NCBI GenBank assembly: GCA_963706575.1 | Contig: CAVPNL010000006.1 | Coordinates: forward strand, 448,001 to 512,000 | DNA from: an uncultured delta proteobacterium | GTDB lineage: Bacteria > Desulfobacterota > Desulfobacteria > Desulfobacterales > JAHEIW01 | Length of the DNA: 64,000 bases | Direction: 5' to 3' | Shown: in pieces, positions 48,052 to 60,073 of the stretch | How positions within the stretch are numbered: position 1 is the stretch's first letter | How the letters are laid out: every line of letters begins with the position of its first letter | The notes under the pieces: generated by a model | Seen by the model: only the letters and a program-made list of their open reading frames with translations | What the model was told of the DNA's origin: nothing | Database searches by the model: none | Position numbers and translations under genes: made by a program

Positions 48052-48333
48052 ATGCCCACCATTCGACAAAAAATCATATCGCTTTTAATCGAAGAAGAGA
48101 TGAGTGCCCGGGAGATTTCCGCGGAACTGGGGATATCTGAAAAAGAGGTTTCTGATCATCTAGCGCACATTGCGCGGTCGGTTGCTTCTCAAGATAAGAA
48201 CGTAATGATTACGCCTGCAAACTGCCTGGCTTGTGGATATGTGTTTGAAGACCGCAAACGTTTTACCCGGCCCGGCCGCTGTCCGCAATGCAAAAAATCT
48301 CACATCCAGAGCCCGCGATTCCGCGTTTACTAA
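48052..48333 (+). CDS. HTH plus Zn-ribbon putative transcriptional regulator
   Basis: TIRQKII...SAREIS...HLAHIARS...CLACGYVF...RCPQCK. Confidence 0.8.
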   Translation: MPTIRQKIISLLIEEEMSAREISAELGISEKEVSDHLAHIARSVASQDKNVMITPANCLACGYVFEDRKRFTRPGRCPQCKKSHIQSPRFRVY

Positions 48334-48334
48334 A

Positions 48335-48432
48335 TTCACCACAGACCCACACAGACAGACACAGACAAAATCATTGCCCGCCGGAGGTGGAACCAAAACG
48401 TCCGTGTGAGTCTGTGTGGGTCTGTGGCTAAT
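48335..48432. repeat. Inverted pair of 10-bp-period tandem repeats
   Basis: ccacagacccacacagacagacacagac ... gtccgtgtgagtctgtgtgggtctgtgg. Confidence 0.75.
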
Positions 48433-48807
48433 TCATTTCTTTTGAATCCAGTTGCCTGCCGCATCCTGCACCCACTCGCCCGGACTGGCTTTTTGGGCAA
48501 GTTGCAATGCGCGACGCTTTCCGACAAGTTCGGCCGTGGTCCCCTGTTGTTTGGCGATAGCTGCGTATACCGCTTTGCGGTCTTCATTTTCAGCTGCCAC
48601 CACATCTGCTTTTTCTTTTTTTCCGCCGACAAATTCCAGATAGCCTTTGTTGTTTTCGCCCACAATGCCCTTCGCTTTAAGCTCAACTATAACCGGCAGC
48701 CGTTCTTTCATTCTGGTCTTTATATCATCGGCAAATGACGAAGCACTGAGCATCAAAGCTCCCAAAAGCAACGATGTTAATATGGTGGTGAAAATACCTC
48801 GTTTCAT
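48433..48807 (-). CDS. YdbL family (DUF1318) protein
   Basis: GIVGENNKGYL, ENEDRKAVY and GEWVQDAAGNW motifs. Confidence 0.85.
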   Translation of the reverse strand: MKRGIFTTILTSLLLGALMLSASSFADDIKTRMKERLPVIVELKAKGIVGENNKGYLEFVGGKKEKADVVAAENEDRKAVYAAIAKQQGTTAELVGKRRALQLAQKASPGEWVQDAAGNWIQKK

Positions 48808-48846
48808 ACAGAACTCTCCTTATTTTTCGATTGAATCATTATGCTT

Positions 48847-49062
48847 TTATTCGCTGGCTGTTGGTTTTTTCTCAAGCTTTTCTTCGGCGGCATCAATATC
48901 TCCGAAGAAATTATCCAGGGCCCGATCGACTTTTACGTTCACGTCGATCGTAATGTGAATCGGCTTGATTTCCACCGGCGCCACTTCCACTTTGTGTTGT
49001 GTGCAGCTCAGCGCAGTGGTTATCAAACCTGCGCCGAGCAATATCAAAACATGTCTCATCAT
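48847..49062 (-). CDS. YnbE family lipoprotein
   Basis: Lipobox ALSC and KPIHITIDVNVKVD; between ydbH-like and ydbL-like genes. Confidence 0.8.
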   Translation of the reverse strand: MMRHVLILLGAGLITTALSCTQHKVEVAPVEIKPIHITIDVNVKVDRALDNFFGDIDAAEEKLEKKPTASE

Positions 49063-49066
49063 TGTT

Positions 49067-51859
49067 TTACTCCCTGCTTTTTTGAATCATTTGAATGAGT
49101 TCTTTATATTGCATTAATTTATTAAGAGGCAATCTAAAATTCACGTCCAGGCGGATTCCTTGAAAGGTCGAACCCTGGACGTCGGCTTCAACTTTTGCAA
49201 ATCCGCCTATATCTTTTTGATAAACAAACGGCAAGGATTTTGCCGGTTTTCCGTCTAGCTGCATTTTCAACAGCAAATCTTCTCCTTCGGTCGTCAGATT
49301 CAGCTTGGCCCATTTGTAATCATAATCTTCCAGGGCTTTTCTGGCAAGCTCCATTTGAACATACTGTGGTGTATCCGGCGGGATGCCGGCGGTTAAAATT
49401 TCGGCGTCCGTCATGCGAATCTTGCCGGATTCACCGGGTGTCGTAAACAGGAAACCGTCTGTGAAGCTTAACTTCCCGTTTTGATATCTTAAAGGGATTC
49501 TGCCGTTGAGCTGGCCTTCGGCGCTTACACTGGCTGCACCGAATTGCTGAAGCACTTTGGCCAGGTCCAGGCGGTCGCAATATAAAATGAGATTATAGTC
49601 TTCGATGCCGGAGGTAAAACGAATTGCCGGCGCGTCTACTTTTCCGTCACACCAGATAAAATGGCTCTTTTCGACCAGAACCGATTGGGTCGATTCGATT
49701 TGAAAATCGATTTCTCCATTTTCGAGATTCATCTCGCCGAAGGATGCGCGCGCGAATTTTAATTTTTGGCCGGGAGCACTTCGCATTTGCGCCAGGTCAG
49801 GGATTAAAAGGTCCATCTGAATGGCCTCGATCGCAATTTTGTCATTTCGGTGTCGTAATGCGCCGTTACTTAAACTCGATCTAACGGCGGCGTTGAATCC
49901 CTTTTTTCCGATGACCAGATTACCCTCTTCAAGCAATTTCCCTTTAAAAGTAAATCCTGCGGCTGCCGGCAGCAGTTTCCCCAGATCGATTTCAGGACCC
50001 GTTTCAGGATAAAAAATTTCAAAGTGCGCCTGGGTCTCGTGATCCTCAAAGGACGCCAGATGGGTTTCACCGGAAAATGTTGCCGCCAACTCAGGTATCA
50101 AATGGTTTTTAAGTTTTCCGTTGAAAGAAATTCCGGATGTCGTTTGTCTTAAGTCTGCTTGAATGGTTCCTAGATTTAAGTTTCGATACCTCGCAGCGGA
50201 AATGGATACGCTTCCTTTTTGTTCCGAATTTCCGACCGGAAATTTCAGTGGTATGGTGCCTTGTGCCCGTTTGAGGCGAATGTCTCCCCCGGCAGCCTCG
50301 ATATCGGTATTGCTAAACTGCATGGTTGCCGCTATCCCCTGAGCTCCGTTTTTGTCCTGCTGCAATTTCCCATTCACTGAAAGATGTTTGAGGATAATTT
50401 TGATGGAGCTCAGTGTAATTGCCGTGCCGGACAAATCTAAATCATTAATCGATAATAGCGGATTCGGTTCGTTCTGGATGAAGTCTGTTTTGCCTTCTAA
50501 GACGAATTGCGGACATAAAATGTTTACATCTCCAGATTTGATACGAACATCCGCAATACCCAGTCGATATGCCGTACTGATATCACCGCCGATTCCTTTG
50601 CCGGATAGATGGACACCTGGAAATTTAGTGGTGATATGGAAATTTTCGTATTCAAAAGCCGGACCTCCGCGAACCGGTTTGTTTTCGATCCGTATTGGTG
50701 AGGTCAAAACGCCAGTTGGCCATTTTGGGCGTAAACGGCCGAAAATTTTAGCGGTATGTCAAAAGGCCGAGCAAATCTTAGCGGAACAGATAACGGTTTT
50801 AGATCGGCTGAAGAATCAAATGACAGCGTAGAATTTTCCGGATATTTTGTAACCCTCTTCAGACGGTTTAACCGTTGCGGCCATATTTGCAAGGCTTGCG
50901 GCTATCGGCGCTACCGCCGAAAGACCGGATAGCGTGAGGTTCCAATTCTGCTGGTCGGGTCCTTTGAGGTCAATGATCAAGGGTTTTTGATTATCTGGAT
51001 TCGCTGAATGGTTCTGAAATTTAAGGTTTTTATAGCGGATATCTATTGCGGAACCTTTAAACCGGCCGGCGATCGATGAAACCTCAAAAGGCGCGAGCTT
51101 TAATTCAGCGTTTGCCTCTAGGCTGGCAAATCCCGCTATGCACAACCCGTCTATAGGTTTAACTATATCGGCAAATCTAAGCAGATCCAGCTCTTTGACC
51201 GCCAGATGAGATACGATACGATTTTGCTCCAAATCCATTTGGGCTGAAATTTTAAGGATTTGTCCGCGCGGGTACAGGCGGGCGGTCATGTGCAAAGCAT
51301 TTACAGTGTCTTGGGCAGAAACCATATCGATTTCAAAAGGAATTCGATATTCTCTTGTCATTTGTAATGCCAATCAGCATGCCGTTGTTTATTTCAATGC
51401 GTTGCGGGAATAACGGGTAAGATGGGCTGGCAGCCGTTTTATCCTTCTTTTTGTACGATTGGAGTTTGGCTTAAAAATTTCGCCAGATCAAAGCCGCGCA
51501 AGCCCAGCTGGCCGGTTTTGTATTCGCAATAAAGCTCAACACCACTGGCCACAATTCTTTCAACCTTTTTTTGATAAATTCCCCCGGGCGAATAATCGAC
51601 ATGAATGGAACGAATAATCAGTGCGGGATTTTCAGGCGTGCCGATTCGCAGTGATCCCAGGTCTGCACCGTATAGATCCAGTTCTTGGACTTCTAAAGCA
51701 AAATCTGTAATTCCGGCATCTTTTTTCAGGACGGAAATAATTTTGGATTCCACAAAACCGGGTAGAAGATATGAGGTCAGAAAAAATAGACCGACACCGA
51801 TAACGATAAGCAGCACAAAAGAAAATAATCGGTATGGCTATTTGACGTTTTAAGGGCAT
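49067..51859 (-). CDS. YdbH-domain (AsmA-like) intermembrane protein, several frameshifts
   Basis: Consecutive ORF pieces (51439-51816, 50816-51373, 49067-50707); N-terminal TM; C-terminal GRIPL...ALEDYDYK...DVNFRLPL. Confidence 0.75.
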
Positions 51860-52013
51860 TTGGTGTCACTGTAAGGGAATAATGGAATACTGGAATGATG
51901 GAATAACGGTTTTTTAAAGGATATTATCCATTTTAATAATATAATCATCCCAGCCGGATGTCTATAATGGCATCGATTAAGACGTCTCTAAAGCTGCTTG
52001 AGTTGACGTATCC

Positions 52014-53558
52014 TTATTTTTTTCTTTGAATAAAAGAGCTGCGGGTCATCCCCGCCCCGATTGAATCGTATAAAATCGTTTTTGCATGCTTTAAATTTTC
52101 GACGTTTTGATTTACAGCATATCCCTGGATATTATCCGCGTCGCAGCTGTACCCCGCAGGAGGTCATAAGGCAGTCTTTGCATACAAACCACAGAGCAAT
52201 TTCCACGTTCGTGAATATTAATCACCATTTTATTGGGCGACAGTATCAGCGACAATATTTTTTAAATCCGCTTTGCCGCCACTTAGGACCTGTTCAATGG
52301 TTAACGGGATCATGGCAAAATTGGCCTGGTGTTCGATCAGGAGGTCAATGTCATCCATGACCAGATTGTTGCGCGACATTAATGTATCCAGATGATATTT
52401 AGCGCCGCGGGTGGCGTGAAGAAATACGCCTTTCCCATCCATTCTGCCGAACATATTTTCTCGGACTGTAAACGGCCTGACTTCTATATAGTGGGCGAAA
52501 CAGCCATGGGTCCTTGTCAGGCTGTCAACAATACCCCACCTGGGTCTGAGATGAGAACGGCCCTCGCCCTTGTGCAGTGAAAGCACAACATCATGGTCGG
52601 GTGCAAGGTAGGCCGCGACAACGGTCTTGTATTTGCCGGATTTCACATAGGCGTCGGCGATTTTTGCAATGTGATCCGGCTGGCGGTCAACAGTCATAAC
52701 ATCAAACGCAAAGGCATTGACGTGTTGATCATAAAAGGCCAAGGCATTGCGAAAGCGTTTAAATGTCCCCTTTGCAACTTCTTCCGGATTCATTTGCTCA
52801 ACATAATGATGTTGAACTCTGGCGGCAGTTGCCGGAATACGATGTTCAAGTTTGCCCAGCTGATTGTCAATAATGATGCCATCGATTTTATTATCGCTTT
52901 TTATTTTTAGCAGCGCCGTTGCAATGTTGCGCGCAAAGTCTTCACCGGCATTAAATTCTGCCTTTGCGGTTATAACGCCGGATGCGGCATTTGATACAAA
53001 CGCTTTGGTTTCAAGTACGGTGGCCAGGGCATCATCGCCAAAAATAATATTGGCTGTATCGTCCGGTGGGAAGGCTTTGGCGCGATGCACATTCTCTGCA
53101 CCGACAATGATCGATAGATCTCGCGGTCGCAGGATACCGGCCAGCGACATCATAAACACGAACTCAACGGACACATTAAAGCCCGGGCAGCCGGCATACA
53201 AGTCGAGTACCAGTGCGTCCGGACAATCGCCTTGCACGAGCTTAAACGGATGCCGGATAAGGGGTCCCGGGTCGAATCTATCTTCGCCGACATTGGTGGC
53301 CCCGATGATCAGCTTGATACGGGCAGGATCGATATTGGATGTTTGCAACAGGTCCTTAAAAGCCAGGACACCGATACGTTCATCCTCAGAAGCCAGCATC
53401 CGTGTGCGCACACCGATTCTTTCTTCGATGGTTTTGTTGTTGACCGGTATGTCGCCCTTGAACATCAGGCCTTTATTTTCATAAATGGAATTGTCAACGA
53501 GCTTGCCCCCGTTCCAGGCACCCTGGGCGATGATTTCTAAAACTATATCTGGTGCCAA
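52014..53558 (-). CDS. Atypical 3-oxoacyl-ACP synthase III (FabH-like) with a large insertion; frameshifts near 52235 and 52145
   Basis: IEERIGVRTR, AGCPGF, IIFGDDA and IEHQAN; after the shift HERGNCS...SIGAGMT, stop at 52014. Confidence 0.72.
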
Positions 53559-53617
53559 AGTTAACGCCTCCTTAATTTAATCGATAGTGGATTCGAATTT
53601 TTTAATCACTTCATATG

Positions 53618-53720
53618 AAATGCCTAAAATGATCTAAAATGCCTAAAGTTGAGGAATTCTATCATTTTTAAAAGACAGAGCGTGAGCGACACCATAAGTT
53701 TAGGCATTTTAGCTCATTTG
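53618..53720. repeat. Third, short copy of the MITE inner element
   Basis: aaatgcctaaaatgatctaaaatgcctaaagtt-gaggaattctatcat...accat-aagtttaggcattttagctcattt; lacks the outer ends and the internal 27-bp insert. Confidence 0.75.
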
Positions 53721-53769
53721 TTTTTTGATTTAAATTTTGAATTGGAAGAGGATACTGCCCTCGGATGCC

Positions 53770-54795
53770 TTAGACATTGAAGCGAAATTGAATAATATCC
53801 CCGTCCTGCACCTCGTAAGCTTTGCCTTCCAATCTCACGGTCCCCCGCTTTTTGGCCTCGGCATAACTGCCGGCGTCCGTCAAATCCTTAAAAGATACAA
53901 CCTCGGCGCGGATAAACCCTTTTTTCATGTCGCTGTGGATGACCTCCGCTGCCTCCAGGGCCGGGGTTCCATTTCTTAAGGTCCAGGCCCGGACTTCATT
54001 GCTGATAATGGTAAAAAAAGAAATCAGATTTAGAACCTGATAGGACTGTTGGATGACGCGATCCATGGCGGATGCCGGGATATTAAATTCATTCAGAAAT
54101 TCGGCAGCTTCGTCAGCAGGCATTTGCGCTAGTTCCTGTTCCAGTTTACTTCTGACCACCAGGCAGGCCTCTTGGGCGATGAGGCCTTCGGCCTCCGGCA
54201 GGCGATCATCATCGTCTTCGTTGTTAAACAGGATCAAAACCGGTTTGGCGCTTAAAAAGGTAAACCCCCTGAGTTTGGGAGCCGAGGATAGGTCCGGTCT
54301 TTTTCTTAATGGCATTTCACTTTCAAGGCATTGCCGGCACTCCAGCAACAGGGCCTGTTCTTCGGCGTCCATTTTTTTGCCGCGTTGGTGGTCCACTTCG
54401 ATGCGTTCGATGCGTTTTTCGGCAACCATCAGATCGGCCAGAATTAACTCCTGATCCAGCCGCATAAAATCTTCCGCCAGCGCCGGTTTTTCAAAGCCGT
54501 AAGCTGCATGATTTCGAACGACATGCAGCAGCGCATCACAATCCCTTACCGATGTCCAGCGACTCGACTCGCCGGGGCGGTCTTTTTTAATTCCGGGCAG
54601 GAAATATTCCACCTGGGCATAAATGGTCTTTTGAGGCTTAAACATCCGGCTGAGGGCATCGACACGGTCATCCGGAACGCGGATGGCGGCAATGCGGTCT
54701 TCGCCCCTGTGTTCGGCGCCGCTAATATTTTTAGTTAAGGCATCGAAAACTGTTGATTTGCCGGCACGCGGCAGGCCAATGATTCCAAGTTTCAT
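53770..54795 (-). CDS. YchF/Obg-family ATPase paralog (DUF933/TGS C-terminus)
   Basis: GIIGLPRAGKST, IHSDMKKGFIRAEV and RLEGKAYEVQDGDII motifs. Confidence 0.88.
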   Translation of the reverse strand: MKLGIIGLPRAGKSTVFDALTKNISGAEHRGEDRIAAIRVPDDRVDALSRMFKPQKTIYAQVEYFLPGIKKDRPGESSRWTSVRDCDALLHVVRNHAAYGFEKPALAEDFMRLDQELILADLMVAEKRIERIEVDHQRGKKMDAEEQALLLECRQCLESEMPLRKRPDLSSAPKLRGFTFLSAKPVLILFNNEDDDDRLPEAEGLIAQEACLVVRSKLEQELAQMPADEAAEFLNEFNIPASAMDRVIQQSYQVLNLISFFTIISNEVRAWTLRNGTPALEAAEVIHSDMKKGFIRAEVVSFKDLTDAGSYAEAKKRGTVRLEGKAYEVQDGDIIQFRFNV

Positions 54796-54989
54796 CTAAA
54801 GGCCTCAAAAAATTCTTCGGATCGTTTCGATTTTATAGGGATAGCGGGTGTCAAACGTTACACCAGAAATCCCCTTCAAGACGAACACCCTGGACGTGCC
54901 TTAGACCCTACCATTGGCAGCGGAGATGAAGCAAATAAAAATTAAATTTATGGTCAGCCGCGCGGTCGAAGCCGGTTTTGAAACCACTT

Positions 54990-56110
54990 CTATGTTTTTG
55001 TTGATGATTCTACGGCGTCGGTTTCAATTCCAGGGGCTGCATCGGTCGGTGATATTTGCCGGCGGAACGGATTGTTGAATATGAATACAGTGATAATCGG
55101 CAGGACAAGGCCCATGGCGCTGACCGTTATCATCAATATTCCCAGCTCTTCGTATTGGCCCCGCGGGATGGTGAAAATTTTATTTAAATAATTGGTGCCA
55201 AGGTTGCTGGCGGAAAGGGCCAGATTGGTAAAGGCTGCCATGACCGCAAAATAGGTGGCTTTTTTGTCCCGCGGCGCCTCCTTTGCAATCCACGCCAGCA
55301 TGGGAATCATGGCCACCTGACCCAGCGGTGAGTCGGCCATGGTATCGATGATGGCGATGGTGCGCGCGCCAAAGCCGAAATGGGCCTCGGTCCAGACATG
55401 CAATCCAAAGTACATGCCGATAAACGGCAGAATCATTATGGTTTGGTAAACCGATAAAAATACTACCAGATACGGCACCGGATGACGGCCCATCCAGCTA
55501 CGCAGGGCAACCATGCCGGCGATGGCCAGCAAAGAGGCGATCTGACGCAAGGTGCCGAGAAAAGCCTCATTAAAGCCCAATACGTCGATTTGCCACCAGA
55601 GGGCTCCTGGACCGAATGAAGGAATGGCCCGAAAGACAAAAATAATAACGGCGATGCCGATGATTTCACGACGTTTGATAGGATCCATTTCCCGCACCAG
55701 CTGGTGAATCAGATATCCGATAATACCCAGGGACCCCGCAAAGATGATTTCTTTTTTTAACTGCAGGTCTGAAAGCCCCAGCAGCAATGTCATGATCACA
55801 AATATCCCGCTGCCGCCTAAAATATACCAGTTGGGGATGTGGGGCGTCGTGCGTCTGCAACATTGTATCGATTTGTTCTGCAGAGAAGCCTTCTTGCCGC
55901 AGTTGATGATGGCGACGCCGGGTCGTCCAGCTGCCCAGGGTAACCCCTAAAACAGAGATAATGGGTATGACCAGAGACCACTTGTACATGATCTCGTAGG
56001 AGAGTATGCTTGCCAGCCAGCCGCCCAGTCCGGCCACCAGGGCGCTGCCGCCGATGATCGCCATGCGCCCCAGGGTCTGCATGGTGACATGCATGCGCTG
56101 CAGTTTTGCA
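54990..56110 (-). pseudogene. BT1 (folate-biopterin transporter)-like MFS protein, 5' part missing and frameshifted
   Basis: QTLGRMAIIGG, QVAMIPMLAWIA and TYFAVMAAFTNLALSAS in two frames; abuts AsmA sequence at ~56110 with no start. Confidence 0.6.
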
Positions 56111-57377
56111 CATCTTCAGTTTTAAAGGATCAAGATTGAATATTCCGTCTTTGGCCTTGATTTGAAGTTGCAGATTTCGATTTTGGCTTTATTGACGACA
56201 AGTTGCCCAATCTGAATCCGGCCGTCTAAAATAAGTTTGCGCAGGGGTTCGTAATCGGCGGCCTGCTTTTGAGTCGGTTTTTCAGCCGCCGCCGTCGGCT
56301 GCTCTGATTGGGGGGTAAATAACGATCTGCATCAATGCGGTCCAGATTGAAATCGAATGCCAGATTGGGTCTCGAAAAATCAGAGGCGTTCAGCGAAAAT
56401 TTGAGCGTCGATTCGTCCAGGTTGAGAATTCCATCCGAAACCACTAATTTTTTTTGATCCCCTTTAGAGATTCGCCTTTAGCGCCACACGACCCAATGCA
56501 TCAGGATCGGAAGTCGCGACGGGGAAACTCCTGGCCCAAGGCCGCTATTAATTTTCGTGGGGAAAACGCTTTGATCTCGACGGCCAGATCGACGCCCGGT
56601 TTTGAGCCCGGGTTACTTACCTTACCGTTGAGTTGCAGGATCAGCTCTTTGAGTGCCTTGATGTCAAGCGCCAATGGAATCGTTGCCTGCTTAAAATCTT
56701 TGCCGCCGGTCTCAACTGCCGTCAATGGACAGCGGTTGATTATCCAGGAGCGCTGAAAATGAAAGTGTGACCGGACGCTCCAGGGAAACATCTTTTAATT
56801 TTAAGTTGACCGCTGTGATTTCTTTGCGGGTATTGGCGGTGTGGTCAATCCAAATAATCGAACCGTTCTTAATTGAAAACTCACCAACTGTCAGATCCTT
56901 GATCGGCAGTCCGGCTTCTGCTTCTTCCGCTTTAGGCGCCTTGCCAGCTTTTTCAGCCGCTGATTTTTCCTTAGCATCTTCGGGCTGGGCCCAGTTCACC
57001 TGCCCGTTTTTGTTTCTCACCAAGGTAATGTTGGGTTCATTTAAAATAAATCGTTTCACTTGAATATCTTTAGAAATCAGGGGCAGAAGTTTTATGCGGA
57101 CTTCAAATGATTTGATGGTGACAAGCTCTTTTTCCGAAAATCCAGCTGTGTTCCCTAACCGCAGATCAGAAAAGGAAATACCGGCCCAGGGGAAAAGGGA
57201 TAAGCTCAGGTCATCGCCCACCGAAAAGGGTCGACCGGTGGCGTCAGCTACTTTTTTCTCCAATTGCGGCTTGTAATCCCGAATGTCGATGAATGCCGGT
57301 GCGATTAACAATACGGCGATAACCAGCACGACCAGACTGGCACAAATAATCAGCCCCCACTTGATGGCCTTGTTCAT
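56111..57377 (-). pseudogene. AsmA family protein, frameshifted and 3'-truncated
   Basis: N-terminal TM followed by YKPQLEKKVADATGR...LSLFPW; later pieces LDRIDADRYLP and AKDGIFNLDPL lie in other frames. Confidence 0.7.
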
Positions 57378-57537
57378 GGTATGTCTCCTTTTTCTAAAGT
57401 AGAGGGAATTTAACTTCAGCTAACGTATTCACCCTATTGCGAGCTGTCAAGATTGCTGCAAATGAGGGTGCACTTGGGACAATTTCAATATGAACGACTT
57501 GATATAACGATTAATTTTCAGCTTAAAAATGAATTTT

Positions 57538-58986
57538 CTACTTCTGCTTTTTAGATACCAGTGCTTCCTGCAGTTTTTCTCCCAAGGCGCCTAACGACGA
57601 TTGATCCTCCTTGGTGAACTGCTGCCAATTCTGTTCATCGCCGGATGTCCCCGGTGCCAGTGTGATTTTCCGTTCTTTAGCTGAAATCTCTGTGATGACC
57701 ACAGGAATGGTATTGCCTTCCTTAAGCTTTTCGATGACGGTGGATTGAGATGACTGACTGATTTTGGATTTCGGAAGCAGACCGGTGACGCCGGGTGAAA
57801 GGGTGATAAAATAACCGAATTTTTCCTTCTTTTCGATAACGCCTTCGACTCTCTGGCCTGCCGAATATTTTTGCGGTACCTCGCTCCAGGGATCTCCTTC
57901 GGCATCGCGTATGCTTAACGAAATCCTCCGGTTTGCGAGATCCAGGTCTTTTACCAGAACAAAAACACTTTCACCCGGCGTCACGATTTCTTGCGGTTTC
58001 AAGATTCGTTTTTGATAACTCATTTCACTGATATGGACCAGGCCTTCAATTCCATCCGCGATTTCTACAAAGGCACCGAATTTCGCACAGCGCGTGACCC
58101 TACCTTTGACCTTATCGCCGACCTTAAAGTGGTCATCTGCACTCAGCCACGGGTCATCGGTCACTTGCTTGATGGAAAGCGAAATTTTGAGGTTATCTGA
58201 GGCGTCGGGCCTCTCGATATCAATTACTTTGACCCGCACCGGTTCACCCATGGAACCAAACGTTTGCGGATCCTCTACCCGGGACCAGCTCAGTTCCGAT
58301 ACATGTACCAAACCATCTACGCCAGGGTGTAATTCAACAAAAAGGCCATAAGGCATCAGCTTTGTGATACGCCCATTCAATACATCGCCGTTTTGCAACC
58401 CGGTACAGAACTGTTTTTTAGACTTTTCCAGCTCCTTACTCAACAGGGCCCGCCGTGAGACGACAATGTTTTTATCGCGCGCGTCAACCTGGTTGATTAG
58501 AAACGGGTGGGTTTGACCCACATAGTCCTCCAGATTTTCAACAAAATTTATATCGATCTGACTTGCCGGGCAAAACGCTTTTCTGCCCATAACCTCAACG
58601 CGCAGTCCGCCCTTGCATGTTTCCAAAATCTTGCCTTCCACCGGGACTGTATTTTCATAAGCCTCCTTAAGCAGATCAAAACTGCCCGCGCCTGAAAAGG
58701 CGTTTGAAAGTCTGATTTCATCTTCGCTGAGTCCAACGACGAATAATTCGAGCGTATCGCCCTCTTTATGAGGCAACTGTTTGTCTTTATCCAGCATTTC
58801 AGCTGTGTCAACGATGCCGTCAATTTTGTTGCCAATATCCACAAAGATGCTGTCTTTGCTGATGGAAATAATTTTTCCCTGAACCTTGTCGCCGACTTGT
58901 ATATCTGATTTTTCAGCGGGGCTGTAAGCGTCCAGGAGTGCGGCAAATTCTGCTTCAGGATTTGTATTTTTACCATCGTCTGTCAT
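57538..58986 (-). CDS. rpsA: 30S ribosomal protein S1 (S1-repeat protein, possibly a second paralog)
   Basis: Repeated S1 domains (YGLFVEL..GVDGLVHVSELSW; FGAFVEI..GIEGLVHISEMS); 482 aa. Confidence 0.82.
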   Translation of the reverse strand: MTDDGKNTNPEAEFAALLDAYSPAEKSDIQVGDKVQGKIISISKDSIFVDIGNKIDGIVDTAEMLDKDKQLPHKEGDTLELFVVGLSEDEIRLSNAFSGAGSFDLLKEAYENTVPVEGKILETCKGGLRVEVMGRKAFCPASQIDINFVENLEDYVGQTHPFLINQVDARDKNIVVSRRALLSKELEKSKKQFCTGLQNGDVLNGRITKLMPYGLFVELHPGVDGLVHVSELSWSRVEDPQTFGSMGEPVRVKVIDIERPDASDNLKISLSIKQVTDDPWLSADDHFKVGDKVKGRVTRCAKFGAFVEIADGIEGLVHISEMSYQKRILKPQEIVTPGESVFVLVKDLDLANRRISLSIRDAEGDPWSEVPQKYSAGQRVEGVIEKKEKFGYFITLSPGVTGLLPKSKISQSSQSTVIEKLKEGNTIPVVITEISAKERKITLAPGTSGDEQNWQQFTKEDQSSLGALGEKLQEALVSKKQK

Positions 58987-59234
58987 TATATGGCTCCTTA
59001 TGGAAAATGGAAAATCGTGTCCACCCTTCTCTGTGGCCGATACTTTCGTAATCTAACAACTGAAGGCTTCAGTCGCAAGGAGATTATGCACTCGGGTTTT
59101 TGATTTGAGCTGTTGACTTTTTTAGCATTTATACTCAGAATAGCATCCTTGTGAAGCGATTAGCGCATAAGCTATAATTCGACTATAACTCGTCTCAAAA
59201 ACCTGATAGAACTCCCAACCGAGGAAGCTAAATT

Positions 59235-60052
59235 ATGAGTCAGCAAGGGCACAGGTATTTGATGGAGAGCGATGAAGAATCTGTCCGACTTGATCGGAAA
59301 ACGGCTACGGATGCGGTTGAAAAACAGGCGCTCTGGGCCGGGATTGAGCCGGGCATGCGCGTTGCTGATTTAGGCTGTGGTGCTGGAAAAACCACTTTTG
59401 TATTGAACCAACTCGTTGGGCCGGCTGGATCCGCCGTCGGGATCGATATGTCACCGCAGCGGCTTGACTATGCCCAAAGCCATTATAGCCGCGCGGGAAT
59501 TGAATATGTATGTAAAGATATTCGTGAACCGTTAAATGATCTTGGAATGTTCGACTTTGTATGGTTGCGGTTTGTTCTCGAATACTATCGTCATGAGAGT
59601 TTTGATATTGTAAAAAATATTTCCAAGATCCTCAAACCCGGCGGCATTTTATGCCTGATTGATCTGGATTGTAACTGTCTGCGTCATTTCGGCCTCTCTG
59701 AGCGACTCGAAAAGTATCTAATCGAAATCATGGAAATTATGGAAAATAAGTTTAATTTCGATCCATACGCCGGAATAAAGCTTTACGCTCACCTTTTTGA
59801 TTTGGACTATCAGGACATCGCCGTGAATCTTACCCCGCATAACCTGATTTATGGTGAATGAAAAGAGACGGATAATTACAACTGGACAAAGAAAGTGGAA
59901 ATGGCAGCAAAGACTTCAGGATGCCGGTTCCAAGATTACGAAGACGGGTACGAAGGCTTTATCAAAGAATTCTGGATTTTTTTTCGGATTTCAGAAGGTT
60001 TACCTATACCCCGTTAATTTCCTGCCGGGGTCGCAAGCCTGTGGCGGATTGA
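59235..60052 (+). CDS. Class I SAM-dependent methyltransferase, frameshifted near 59858 and 59983
   Basis: VADLGCGAG, FDFVWLRFVLEY and LKPGG; the reading continues NWTKKVE...RRFTYTPLISCRGRKP in shifted frames. Confidence 0.8.
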
Positions 60053-60073
60053 GACAGGTTCTGGATTTCTTCA

